Below, piece after piece: positions 26,086 through 38,242 of a stretch of 64,000 nt of DNA; the first letter of the stretch is position 1; each line of letters starts with the position of its first letter. The translations under genes were made by a program, and so were the position numbers. This DNA is from Heterodontus francisci (Eukaryota). Location: NCBI RefSeq assembly GCF_036365525.1, contig NC_090404.1, positions 13,358,550-13,422,549 on the forward strand, given 5' to 3'. Below the pieces are notes generated by a model, which did not search any database, had not been told where the DNA came from, and saw nothing but the letters and a program-made list of their open reading frames with translations.

Positions 26086-26216
26086 AAAGCAAAATACTGC
26101 GGATGCTGGAAATCTGAAACAAAAACAAGAAATGCTGGAATCACTCAGCAGGTCTGGCAGCATCTGTGGAAAGAGAAGCAGAGTTAACGTTTTGGGTCAG
26201 TGACCCTTCTTCGGAA
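26086..26216 (-). mobile_element. Short Penelope-terminus element with 14-bp TSD
   Basis: Matches the Penelope 3' end; TSD tcctctgataaatt at 26072-26085 and 26217-26230. Confidence 0.8.
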
Positions 26217-27029
26217 TCCTCTGATAAATTGTTCAGCTCTTCCTTTCATTGTATTATTTCATAACTCTAACCTGCTGTTTATTTTTCTGCTCCCTGTGCG
26301 AAGTTTTTTAACCTCTGTTTATCCCCATCATTCTGTTTTTCCTTTGACCCCTTTCTCCCCATCTCCCCAGTTCCCTTCACAATCACCACATACCCCCATT
26401 GCCATAAAAGGATGATGAAAATCATTTGAAAGAGAAGTTGAGAAAAACAGACAGGTAACAGAAAAAAACAAAGAACGGGTTAAAATAAAACAATTATTCT
26501 TATGAACTAGGGTAATACAAGTTATTGAATGAAAGGAAGATCTGATCAAAGTCCCTGTGCAGGTGAGTGCGGGTTCTCTTGGTGGATAAGCTGAGTACCA
26601 GTCAGTAAGTAATCGTTAAAAGATGATCCCCAAAGAGCAGCCCGTAGACAGAGACAGAGGCCTCACAGAGGCCGAGGAAGGGTCCATTTGGGAGACTGGA
26701 ACGTGGCAGACGCTACCGCACGCCCCATCACCACCACCATCACCCTGGACACAGGCAACTGTCTTTGGACTCTTCCATATCGGTCGGGGTCTGTGACGCA
26801 GCAAGCTGTTACTTAATAGGTGAGGGGCACTGGACTGGCCAAAGCGGCGTTTGAGTGACAAGCCGCTGCTATATTGGGGGAATGCAGAGTCACTAACCTG
26901 TATTCAGGCTGATAAATATCTCTGTATTTTTAAACTTCCTGACTCACTGCTCAGCTATTGTATTGTATGATAACGGATTATAAAGACAGCCTTGGTCTGG
27001 TGGCATAATAACAGAGATAGGGCCTAATG

Positions 27030-27330
27030 TGTTATAAAGAGAAAGAGTCGAGCGTAATATAAAGAGAGGCAGGGTCTAGTGTACCATTATCGGCGACAGG
27101 GCATAGTGCAACATAAACGGAGACAGGGTCCAGTGTAATACAAACAAAGACATGGTCTAGTGCAATATAAACAGAGACATGGTCGTGTGTAATACAAACA
27201 GCAGCATGGGTTAATGCAGTTATCACTGAGAGAGGGCCTAGTGTAATATAAACGAGGACATATTATAGTGCTGTAATAATTGATGCATGGTCTTGAGTAA
27301 AATAAACAGACATCGTGTCTATTGCATTAA
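27030..27330. repeat. Degenerate tandem repeat of about 32 bp
   Basis: Recurrent ggtctagtg(t/c)aat(a)taaac(a)gagaca. Confidence 0.5.
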
Positions 27331-27419
27331 TAACCCAAGGGTAAAATATAACTGGGCTAAAGATACTTCTTATGGTGCGAATAGATTTCAGACTTCTCAC
27401 CAGATCATTTGAAACATGA

Positions 27420-28960
27420 CTGTGACGGCATTGACAGGGAAGTGAGAGTGGAAATTGCAGAGGCACTGGTCATAATTTCCCAGTCTTCCTTAGATTCAGG
27501 TTTGGTGCTAGAGGACTGAAGAATTGCAAATATTCCACCCTTGTTCCAAAAAGGGTGTAAAGATAAGCCCAGCAAGTATAAGCCACTCAGTTTAATCTCG
27601 GTGGTGGGAAGGTTTCGAGAAACAACAATTCAGGACAAAATTAATAGTCACTTGGGCAAATGCGGGTTAATTGGGGAAAGCCAGCGAGGATCTGAGAAGG
27701 GAAAATCGAGTTTTACTAACTTTCTGAACGTTTTTAATGAGGTAACAGAGAAGGTTGATGAGGGAAATGCTGCTGCTGTGGTGTGCATGGACTTCCAGAA
27801 AGCATTTGATAAAGTGCCGCACAACAGACTTGTGAGCAAAATTATAGCTCATGGAATAAATGGGACAGTAGCAACCTGGATACAGAATTGGCTGGGTGAC
27901 AGAGAGTAGTGGTTAATGGATGTTTTCGGACTGGAGGAAGGTTTGTAGTGGAGTTCCTCAAGGGTCGGTGTGAAGACCCATGTTGTTCCTGATATATTTT
28001 AATGACCTAGATCTTGCTGTTCAGGGCAAAACTTCAAAAAATCTGTGAATGATACAAAACTTGGAAGCATTGTGAATTGTGAGGAGGTTAGTGTAGAACT
28101 TCAAATGGAAATAGACAAGTTGTTGAAATGGGAGGACAAGTGACAGATGAAATTTAATACAGTGAAGTGTGAAGTGATTCATTTTGGTAGGAAGAACAGG
28201 GAGAGACAATATAAAATAAAGAGTGCAATTCTAAAGGGGCTGCAGGAGCAGAGGGACCTGTGTTTATATGTATATGAGTCATTGAGGTGGCAGGACAGGT
28301 TGAGAGTGCGGTTAATAGAAGCTATAGTATCCTAGGCTTTGTTAATATGGGCAGAGAGTACAAAAGCCATGAAGTTTTGTTAAGCTTATATAGAACACTG
28401 GTTCGGCCTTAACTGGAGTATTGTGCCAGTTGTGGGAGCGACACTTTAGGAAAGATTTGAAGGCATTGGAGAGAGTCCAGGAAAGGTTCACGAGAATGAT
28501 TCCAGGGATGCGGAACTTCAGTTACGCGGATAGATTGGAGAATTTGGGACTGTTTTCTTTGCAGAAGAGTAGGTTGAAAGCAGATTTGATAGAGGTATTC
28601 AAAATCATGATGAGTCTGGACGGAGTAGATAGAGAGAAACTGCTCCCATTGGGGGAAGGATCGAGAACAATTGGGCACAGATTTAGCGTAATTGGCAAAA
28701 GAAGTAATGGCGGCATGAGGAAAAACTTTTTCACGCAGTGAGTGGTTGTCTGGAATGCACTGCCTGAGAGTGTGGCGGAGGTAGGTGCGATTGAGGCATT
28801 CAAAAGGGAAGTAGACAGTTATATGAAAAGGAAGAATGTGCAGGAAGCAGGGGAGAAGGTGGGCAGTGGCACTAGGTAAATTGCTATTTTGGAGAGCTGG
28901 CGCAGACACGACAGGGCGAGTGGCCTCCTTCTGTGCTGTAACAATTTTGTGATTCTGTGA
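27420..28960 (+). mobile_element. 5'-truncated degraded CR1 LINE (ORF2 RT)
   Basis: DFQKAFDKVPHNRL, MKFNTVKCEVIHFGRKN, LERVQERFTRMIPG; CR1 3' tail. Confidence 0.9.
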
Positions 28961-30397
28961 TTGTCTGACAGAACGGATGTTAGAATTTGCAGAAGTGACC
29001 AGAATCTGTATTTTTTTTTAATCTACGGACTATCGAGTGTTACAGAGACAGCCTGGAGACTCGGCTCCACAGGTGAACTCACCAAATTAACCCGAATGGC
29101 TCTAGGAGCGCAATAAGGCTTGAAACCACCGAGTTTCTGATAGGCATGTCCCAGAGCTGCCAGTGGGTGAAGCTATCTCCACGAATCTGGGCTCAGCAGT
29201 TAATGGGCGACTCTGTGTGTGACCTGTATAATCGTAGCAGAGATCATCTTTCCCAGATAGATGCTGCAGGGTCATTACTGCGCGTTGTCTGCCACCTGGT
29301 GGAATAAATCAGAATGTCCACCCCCAGCAATCTTTCCTTCACTCAGAGAACTTTTGTTTAGAAGTTCATTTTGTAAGACATTGAGAAGGAGACTACACCA
29401 AAACCAAATCGATTGTGATAATTAAACAATTAGTACAGGACAATGCCCAGTTAAGAGACGGCTCGTTAAGAATCTTAAACGCAAATAAGAAGTGCTGGAA
29501 ATTCTCAGCAGGTCTGGCAGCATCTGTGGAGAGAGAAGCAGAGTTAACGTTTCAGGTCAGTGACCCTTCAGAACTCAAACTCGTACCTTTCACGGTTTTC
29601 GAACTTCTTTGTGTTGTATATTTTAAACTCTTAGTCACACCTTGCTAACGTGATAACATTTCAATGTATTCAATTTATTATTAATTCATACAAAACCCTT
29701 TAGTTAAATTATACCAATCTCTTTAGTGAGTCTGCACACCCTTTTATGGTCTTTACACAGTGTCCTTTCCTGGGTTCTGGCCTCGCTATTGCAACCTTTC
29801 TGATACCCTTTCTATCTGCATTTTGGATTCAGACCATCTGGACTGGTACCTAGAACACACCACGCCTGTCCTTACAGATTATTAGTCCATTAATCATTGC
29901 TCATCACCTTCTAATGCTCTCCTGAAAACGACCTGATTATATTGCAGATTCTTAATCTTACTATGTGTAAGCGGCGTTGACATTGAGAAATGTTTAAGCA
30001 GGTTACTTTAGTTATTACGATCTTTCCCACCTGGCGTGTCTGTCTAGACTGTAGACTGATATTTTAAACCAATCATTAGTGGGTCATTTGCATCGAGTTA
30101 TATCGGAAGTAGCGGCGCACGAATATAACTATTTGCGGGCCAACTGCTGGAGTTTGTATTCTCAATGTGATTGCCGAGTTCCCAGGGACACACAAATAAA
30201 CAGCAGCCAATTCTGCCCTCACACAGTTAATGTGATAATCAGACTGAATCAGTGATCGATGTGAATGATTTTAGATGGTGTTTATGTGGATTGTGCTCGG
30301 GTTCTGCCCGCACAGGAATGTATTCACGTGTCAGTGTGTGATCCGCTGTTATAAACAGCCCTCAGCAGACAGCAGCTGTGACCCAGTAACCTGCGGC

Positions 30398-30436
30398 AGT
30401 TATTGTACGAGGCTTTAGCTCGTTCCCATCGCTGTG
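30398..30436 (-). other. 23-RSS (CACAGCG-23-ACAATAACT)
   Basis: Directly after YYCALSL. Confidence 0.9.
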
Positions 30437-31502
30437 AGACTCAGTGCACAGTAATAGACCGCGGTGTCAGACAGCCGCAGCTCCGAGATGGTCACTCGGT
30501 ACAACTTGTCTGAATGCTGGACTGTACCAGAAAACCGGTTCTGAGCGAAATCCGCCTTCATTTCAGCACTACCGCTTGTGTGCCTCCGGACTGCAAACTC
30601 GGGCTGTCTGCCTGGGTATTGGCGGTACCAGAATAAGTAATAAGCACGGTCGGGATAGGTGCAGGTTAAAGTGGCATCTTCTCCCTCTGTCAGTATGAGA
30701 GAGGACTCCCGCTGAGTAACAGAATCTCCATCGCTCAGATCTGGAACACACGGTTAAAGAAAGGGGAAATCACCGAATAAGACTTCAACTGAACCGAACT
30801 GACGGTCAAAATTCGCAGTCATTTTTTTTATAAATTTAAATAGGATTTAGAAAACATTCTGCTCAACTGGTCCATACCAGGGTTCCCACTCCCCACGAGC
30901 ATCCCCCACTCCTCTTCATCTCACTCTACCAGCATATCTTTCCATCCCTTTCTCCCTCATCTGTTTTTCAGTTTCCCTTTAAATGCATCTATGCTATTCA
31001 CCTCAACCCCTCCTTGTGGTAGCGAGTTCCACATTCTCACCACTCCCTGGTCAAAGATGTTTCTCCTGAATTCCCTATTGGATATTTGGTGACTTTTATG
31101 TTTGTGGCCCATAGACTTGGAATTCTCCAAGTGGAAACATTTTCTCTACGTCTACCCTCTCCAACTCCTTCACAATTTTAAAGATATCTATCAGGTTACC
31201 CTTCAGTTTTCTCTTTATTAGAGAAACGAACCAGTCTGTACAATAGTTTCTGCTAAATTATCTCTCAATTCTTGCAAATCGTTCTTGTACTTTCTCCTGT
31301 GTCTCTATACCTTGTCGCAATTTGGAGACCAGAACTGCTCACAAAAACCCAACTGTGGTCTAACCAAGTTCGATGCGAGTTTAACATGAACTCGCTGTTC
31401 TTCAAATTTATTCCTCTTAGAAATGAATCCCTTTCATAAAATTTGAAATTTCTTACCGACAATGAATGCCGCCCAGAGCACGGCGAGAAGGGAGAGCCGC
31501 AT
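30437..31502 (-). CDS. TRAV/TRDV: TCR alpha/delta V segment, apparently functional (not recovered by the ORF track)
   Basis: Leader 31457-31502 MRLSLLAVLWAAFIV (gtaag); V exon 30437-30740 DLSDGDSVTQRESSLILTEGEDATLTCTYPDRAYYLFWYRQYPGRQPEFAVRRHTSGSAEMKADFAQNRFSGTVQHSDKLYRVTISELRLSDTAVYYCALS; no stops. The 716-bp intron carries a CR1 fragment. Confidence 0.93.
30870..31400 (-). mobile_element. Degraded CR1 3' fragment within the V intron
   Basis: Same 3' ORF2/tail features as the other CR1 fragments. Confidence 0.7.
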
Positions 31503-31588
31503 TGCTGCTGCTCGGGAATGCGAGGGACTTTTTTGTGTGTCTCGGGAACCTGCAGAACATCGAACAGGAAGGACCTGTTGCTGGTCTT

Positions 31589-31675
31589 ACGTCACTTCCT
31601 GCAGGACATCAAATAGAAAAAGCTGAGAGGATTGGCTCCGCCTGGTCTGATGTCACTTCCTTAACCACAAGGAAG
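31589..31675 (-). promoter_or_regulatory. V-gene promoter: two ETS-CRE composites, CCAAT box, RUNX-ETS pair
   Basis: ACGTCACTTCCTG 31589-31601, ATTGG 31631-31635, TGATGTCACTTCCT 31648-31661, AACCACA-AGGAAG 31663-31675, upstream of the leader ATG. Confidence 0.65.
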
Positions 31676-32589
31676 TGTTTTTTTCTGGAGAACTGAGATA
31701 TTAACATCGAATTCTGCTAATCGGAGAGAAAGGTGAATAAAAATAGTCATCTGAATCTCAAATTGATCTGATGGAAAGTTTGCACTCTAATTACCCTGAG
31801 AGGCAGTTTGACCTGCAACTGCTCCGTGCAACAGTTTGATTTTTACTTGGCCTGAGGGAAATCGTCTCAAAGAGACAAGGACAGGGTGTTGAATGTAGAT
31901 GAAGATGTTCAGTTTATTTCACTCGCTGTCACTGGTTGACGGGGGTGGGTGGGAGAGGTAGGGGTTGTGGGCTGAGGGTTTCGTTCATATTCCGCTAGGG
32001 TCACACAAAAGAAGACTTGCTCTGGTCTCTGTAAATTAGTGACATCCCAATCTGAATGGGAAATGTCACCTGCTGGCTGCTTTCGTGGAATAGTTGCTTA
32101 TTATTTGAGAATGTGTTCACTATGTCTCCAGCTATAGCGACCAGATGAAATCTACCCGACCGAGTGGATTGTTCAGTGTAAACTCCCCAATGTTGCAGGA
32201 GAATGAAATTAATGCTGTCGGTGAGCCGTCACACAGCCAGAGTAGAATTCCAACCCTCAGTAAAGCTGGTCATTTCTGTGCTGGTTTAAGTAGCGTGAAA
32301 CAGAAAAATAATACATCGGCATTGAAGGGGAACCTGAACTGGAACACACACTATACACAGTCAGTTGGCCTATTAAACCTGCGCGGGTTTTTCCTGTTCA
32401 TCCCTCATTATAAAATGAGTGAAATCTAAAATCTGTATTCAGTGCTGTTGGGACCTGTCCTGCGGGAATATTCTATCCGAGTAGTATTTGTCCTATTCAG
32501 ACATTCACAGGGCGGGTAATCCGGACGCACATTGTTCTATTTACAGAGTTGGCTGCAGTTTTATTTTCTCTTGGACACAGAACTGTGCA

Positions 32590-32800
32590 GCTGTTGGTTT
32601 CAGAACACAGTAATACACGGCGCTGTCTGACTGATCCGCCCCACAAACTCTCAATTGAAACGTGCTCTCCTCTGTGTTCAGCTCGGCTGTAAAACGGTGC
32701 TTGGCGAAGTCGGCTGAGAACGTGCCTTATTTGGTGAGACTATTCCCCGATCCGGATGTGGAACCTGCCGGCAACAGAATAGATCAGCGACAGCTTCCTG
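32590..32800 (-). pseudogene. TRAV/TRDV: TCR V pseudogene (3' half)
   Basis: LFCCRQ (for WYRQ), frameshift, then SADFAKHRFTAELNTEESTFQLRVCGADQSDSAVYYCVLK; degenerate RSS. Confidence 0.8.
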
Positions 32801-33702
32801 CACAATCTCTTCTTTTCTCTCCTACTCTATTTGTTGCAATCACTTGATCAGTGAGCAGTAGCAGTTTATACAGAGACATCTAGAGATGGAACCATCGCCA
32901 TTTCCGCTCCATCAGCTCCCAGTGCAGCTGAGCGGCGCCGCGCACTTTCCGCCCTTACACAGAGTTTTCAATTCACTCCATTTGTTTCTGCGGTGTCCCC
33001 GCCCACAGTTTCCGTTTGCTCTCACTCTGACCCGCCTTGCCTGCCCTGTGTTACTGGAGAGATTGCTGCTGCTGTTCCCTGTTTGGAATTGGTCGGATCA
33101 GTAGTGCAGTGGGGCAGGGATCTGTATTTCTGCTCGGACAGAGCTCCCACACTGCGGAGTTACAGACTCAGGGAGCATCATGCGGAACCGTCTCACACCG
33201 CTCCTCATCATTATATCACTTCTCAGGAAATATTCTCAACTGGTACAGTCAGCAACCCCGGACTTCCGCCACAGTTTAGGACTTGAGTCTCACGGCGTCA
33301 TAGTTTAGAGGAGATTTCACTGTTCTGGAGGTTTTTCCTCTATGCTCTATTAAGTAGTTACTGAATGTAACCCCAACTTTCAGTTCATTTCCAGCCAACT
33401 GGAGCGCCAGGTTGAGACTCTCACACAGAATGAGAACTAGTTTTATATTTGTTTCACTAAGGTTGAAATTTAAGATGCCCGCGAAATGAACTGAGATTGG
33501 AAGAACAGTTCAATCAAACATCGTATTATGAAATCAACCTCAAGATTATTATATAAATAATAAACATTATTCCTGTGCTGGACTGTTAGTACAGCTGTTG
33601 ATTTGGCTGTTTTTTCACTAACACTCTCCTGTAATAAATACTGACACTTCTCTTTCCTCCCCATCTGCCCGCTGCTCCGTTCACCTTGTTACATTGAGGC
33701 AG

Positions 33703-33741
33703 TGTTTTTGTACGCGGCTCCCTCTGGTTCCTGTCACTGTG
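33703..33741 (-). other. 23-RSS (CACAGTG-23-ACAAAAACA)
   Basis: Consensus heptamer, near-consensus nonamer. Confidence 0.95.
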
Positions 33742-34244
33742 TCTCTCAGCCCGCAGTAATACATCGCGCTGTCAGACAGCCGCAGGTCGTGGATGGTGAA
33801 ATTCCCCTCACTTTTCGAAGTGTCGAGAGATGCAGAAAACCGATCCTCCACGCCCTTTGCTCTGAAAACATCTCCGTATTTAGGAATGTAGATGAGGAAT
33901 GTGGGGGCTTTACCCCGGTCCTGACGGTACAGTTGCAGGTAATAGGAAAGCTCAGCGGTCGAATAGCTGAAATTAATGGTCACCGAGTCTCCTTCAAACT
34001 GCATCGCTGCAACCGGCTCCTGTGAGACCGAGTCTGCACCACTGACACCTGCAGAAATTTAGAAATACAGAACTTCAAAGTTTTATTGTCACTTTATTAT
34101 AACTAATATCATCAGGTGACGGAACACATTGTAAATAGAGAGAAAGCCAATGATCCATGTAAGAGGAAGATTATGTGACTTGTAAACTTTACCCGTTAAG
34201 AGAGCTGCAGCTGTGAGGAACGAATACAAAGTAACAAGCGACAT
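33742..34244 (-). CDS. TRAV/TRDV: TCR alpha/delta V segment, open frame, lacking the first canonical Cys and the core Trp
   Basis: Leader 34193-34244 MSLVTLYSFLTAAALLT; V exon 33742-34048 GVSGADSVSQEPVAAMQFEGDSVTINFSYSTAELSYYLQLYRQ...DSAMYYCGLR. Confidence 0.88.
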
Positions 34245-34767
34245 ATTTGCAGAGAGTTGATGGCGGGTTTGAACAGAACGGGTTGAATCTGAAATTGTTT
34301 CAGTCAAGAATTGGGAGGATGTTCATTCACTTCCGGTCTCTCTACCGATTGGTTCGTTCCTGAATGGGCGTCACCTGACGACTCAATCAGCTCACAGGTC
34401 CTTTGTTCTCGATATCATGACGTCAGAGCGGGGAAGCAGGAAATGAGTGAAATCGACAACAGGGAACTGGACGAGGATTAAACCCAATACTGGCCCTTAA
34501 CAGGGTCTGTCTGTGAGGTGGAGCAGTGAAGGGAAATAGTTAATGTGGTTCTGCTGTCAATGCCGGAGGCTCGTATTAAAAGAGCTGCTCACTGACCATG
34601 GGAACCACACACAGCCGATATTAAGAGGGATATTACACAGAATGACATTGCGTCTGCAACACAGAAATGTAGCATTCGGCCAAACGGGTCTTCAGTTTGC
34701 TTGCCGTTCTGTTAACCATCCAGGTCCCAGGTCTGATTCCAGTGCGAGGAGGTGAGAGTCCTTTACT

Positions 34768-35245
34768 GATTTTTGTACGGACGGACTGCGGCTCTGTAAC
34801 AGTGTGGGGATCAGCGCACAGTGATACATGGCAGAGTCAGAGACAAGAGCCCCGGCAATTGTTAAAGGAACCGTTTCCTTGTCTTTGTCCAAATCGGCAG
34901 AGAATCGATCTGGGAAATCTGGAGACTTATCCCCCTTCCCCGTCATGTATTTCCTCAGTAAATATCTCGGAGCTTCCCCGGGATACTGGATGTATTAGTA
35001 GAGGTATGCAAAGTCACTGGACGTGGAGTAGCTGCAGTTCAGTATTACAGTCTGTCCTTCTTGAAACGTTAATTCAGGCGAATCCTGGGACACAGAGTCT
35101 TTGCCTTTCGTTCCTGTAGCATAAACACAGAAGGTGTCAAGATGTTGGCAGTAAATATAACCCATGGAACACACACTGACTATTTAATCGCAGACTCACC
35201 AATCAGCAAGACCATTATTATCAGTAAGGAACATGGGGAGCACAT
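34768..35245 (-). pseudogene. TRAV/TRDV: TCR V pseudogene (paralog of the 59 kb V) with intact 23-RSS
   Basis: Leader 35200-35245 MCSPCSLLIIMVLLI; V exon 34807-35113 with TAA at the core Trp codon (34995-34997) and YHC; RSS CACACTG-23-ACAAAAATC (34768-34806). Confidence 0.92.
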
Positions 35246-35469
35246 AGTGCGTGTTTTAGAGTTCCACAGAAAAATAACAGTATGTTTTAAATGTGTTGAC
35301 CCTTCCAGGCTGACAGTTAACAGTAAACTCAGATAATGGGGCAGATTTCACATACTGTGAGAATGCGGGGCTTTCCCCATTGACAGGATTGGTTGGTCTC
35401 TCAGAACTGACAACAGATATGCGCCAATCAATTACTCATGTCTCATAACTAACCCTTTCCATGCCTAGC

Positions 35470-35840
35470 TGTGTGAGTGAGTCTCTCTCTTTCTCTCTGT
35501 CTCGATTTAATTAATCTGCTTAACTCGGCCTCGGTGTGTCTTTGCCTCTCTCTGTGCGTGTTCCTCTGACTCTATCTCTCTCTCCACCCACCCCCCCCCC
35601 CCCCCCCCCACTCTGTGTCTCGGTCTCACTCACTTTGTTTAACTCGGCGTCTTTCTCTCTCCATCTCTCTCTCCGTCTCTCACTTTCTGTGTCATTCCTT
35701 TTAACTTGGCCTCACTCTGTCTCTTTAACGCGCTGTCTTTCTCACTCCCTCTCTCTCTCACGCTCCATATCCCGCCCCCACCCCCGATCTCTGCAAGAGG
35801 AAGATTATGTGACCCCTCCACCACCTCTCTCTCTCCCTCA
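35470..35840. repeat. CT-rich low-complexity tract with poly-C
   Basis: Direct inspection. Confidence 0.7.
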
Positions 35841-36229
35841 GTAACATGTGAAGCGGGAAACTAATAGAAATCAGTCTCAAAACTTGTCATCACTGCACAA
35901 CCATTACCATTGACAGCCTAGGGACCACGGGGGACATGATTAAGTGGACGTAACTCTGCATTGAGGTGCTTTGAAAAACGTGACCTGACGGATCTACACC
36001 GCAACCAGAAATCGATTCTATTCATTATCCCAGAAATTTGAAATTCGTGCTGACACTGGGGGTAGAAATGCCTGAATTTGATCCTAACTTAAATGATTGA
36101 GGAATTTCGCTGATCCTAGGACTGACAGCAATGAGAAACCCGACTGATCAGGCTGTATTTTACCATTCATTTTCTGGCAAGTCTCTCCGGGAGTTAAACC
36201 CTGGTAATTTCCTGGGGTGCAGCTGTGCC

Positions 36230-36510
36230 CTTTTTTTTATTAAGCCCAGAAGACCCTCATTCACTGCGCGTCTCAGGACACAATAATACACGGCGCAGTC
36301 TGTGATCTTCAAGTCTTTCAAGGACAAATTAAAAGTGCCGTGTGTTCGATTGAATTGCCCACTGAGGTGCTCAAAACTGGGAGCCGTATCGTGTCACCCG
36401 TAACTTTCGGCTCTCTGCAGATACTGAGGGGCTTGTTATGGATATTGGTGATACTGGAAGAGGTAATAGCTTCTGACTGAATCTGATACAGAGTCCCTGC
36501 ATGTTCCACT
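36230..36510 (-). pseudogene. TRAV/TRDV: TCR V pseudogene
   Basis: DSVS joined to SYYLFQYHQYP*QAPQYLQ..G*..GTFNLSLKDLKITDCAVYYCVLR; FR1 deletion, two stops; heptamer CGCAGTG (36262-36268). Confidence 0.82.
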
Positions 36511-36975
36511 CTGAGATCATTGAGACTGAGTTCACTCCATTTACCGGACCTGGAATAGGAAAAACTCGAACAGTACCGAGATCTCATCAAATCGGGTGCA
36601 ATTTCTCCGCCCCGCCCGCTTGTTTCTCTCTCAGCCGCCACTTCCGGGAGCTGGGGGATCATGATTTTCATCAAGTGATCAGAGAGCGCCATCCCGTGGA
36701 CGGTAGAAGCCTCACCCAGGAGCGCCATCCCGTGGACAGGAGAAGCCTCACCCAGAGCATGGGAAATGCGCACAGACACAGACAGGCACGGATAAACACA
36801 CAGGGACACACGCACGTATACAGACATATAAGCATAGTACATAAACATACAAGGCGGCGTTGAATTCTTTGAGATGAACTGCAAAAACTGTGAGAACGCA
36901 ATTTACCTCACATTGCCACTCGAGCCAGGGCACTCACGGTGTTTGTGTTTTCACATCAGCAGATTAATCACAAGG

Positions 36976-37735
36976 CTGCTTACAATGTGGTCTCCTCTAC
37001 ATTGGGGAGACCAAACGCAGACTGGGTGACCGCTTTGCGGTACACCTCCGCTCAGTCCGCAAGCAGGACCCCGAGCTTCCGGTTGCTTGCTATTTCAACA
37101 CCCTCCCCCCCCCCCCCCCCCACCCCCGCCCCCACCCTGCTCTCATGCCCACATCTCTGTCCTGGGATTGCTGCAGTGTTCCAGTGAACATCAACGCAAG
37201 CTCGAGGAACAGCATCTCATCTACCGATTAGGCACACTACAGCCTGCCGGACTGAACACTGAGTTCAATAATTTCAGAGCATGACGGGCCCCCCATTTTA
37301 CTTTTAGTTATTTTTTTCTTTTCCTTTTTAAAAAAAATTGTGTTTATTTTATTTCATCTTAGTTTGTTCAGTTTGCCTACCCACTGTTTTTTTCATGTTT
37401 GTTCAATATTCAGTCCATTAACACCCTATCTGTACTAATGCTTTGTCTTTCATCACAGTATTAACATATTGTTTGCTTTTGCTCCACTGCCTTCTGGTCA
37501 GCTATTCTGTGACCTTGTCCTATTTACACCTTCCCCTTTGTTATCTCTTGCCCCAGCCCCGCTTTACTTGCTTATAACCTTTTCCTTTTCTAATATTTAC
37601 TAGTTCTGAAGAAGGGTCGCTGACCTGAAACGTTAACTCTGCTTCTCTCTGCACAGATGCAGCCAAACCTGCTGAGTGGTTCCAGCATTTCTTGTTTTTA
37701 TTTCAGATTTCCAGCATCCGCAGTATTTTGCTTTT
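36976..37735 (+). mobile_element. Penelope-like element, 3' part (GIY-YIG endonuclease C-terminus), 13-bp TSD
   Basis: CGLLYIGETKRRLGDRF..H..; RKLEEQHLIYRLGTLQPAGLN; TSD attaatcacaagg at 36963-36975 and 37736-37748. Confidence 0.88.
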
Positions 37736-37944
37736 ATTAATCACAAGGTACTTGCAAATGAGGAAGGCCGTTCGTTCCATCTTAATTTTCCCTCCAACAA
37801 ACCGCACGCTGCTTTCATTTTGCTCTAGTTGTTACAAAGATAATTCCATGGTTTTGGACTCTGTCAGTTTGTGCGGAGACTGTTCCAACTTTTGAGCACT
37901 CTCTTTCTGACCAACAATCAGTTGATATCAGTTGTAAAAAACTG

Positions 37945-38235
37945 TGGGAGGTACAGTGCCGCAGTGGTTAGCACCACAGCCTCATAACTTCAGCAACTCG
38001 GGTTCGGTTCTGGGTCCTGTCTGTGTGGAATTTAAAAGTTTCCGCGGGTGCTCTGGTTTCCTCCCACAGTCAAAGACTTGCAGGTTGATAGGTAAATTGG
38101 CCATTGTAAATTGCCCATAGTGTAGGTAGGAGAATGGTGGGGATGTGTCAGGGAATATGGGATTAAAGTAGGGTGGTTGTTGGTTGGTACAGACTCGGTG
38201 GGCCGACGGGCCTGTTTCAGTGCTGCATGACTACT
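37945..38235 (+). mobile_element. tRNA-derived SINE (same family as 2035-2335)
   Basis: Shared head and body sequence. Confidence 0.75.
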
Positions 38236-38242
38236 TTAGTGG

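Noticed and set aside
26590-26830. Possible V relic on + (TITLDTG..TLSIS..DAASCY)
   Set aside because: Motifs only appear after assuming frameshifts; no YYC, acceptor or RSS.
33120-33280. YFC followed by CACACTG, and WYSQ..PGLPPQF, on the + strand
   Set aside because: Motif order is wrong for a V exon, no nonamer, and most of it belongs to non-coding block B.
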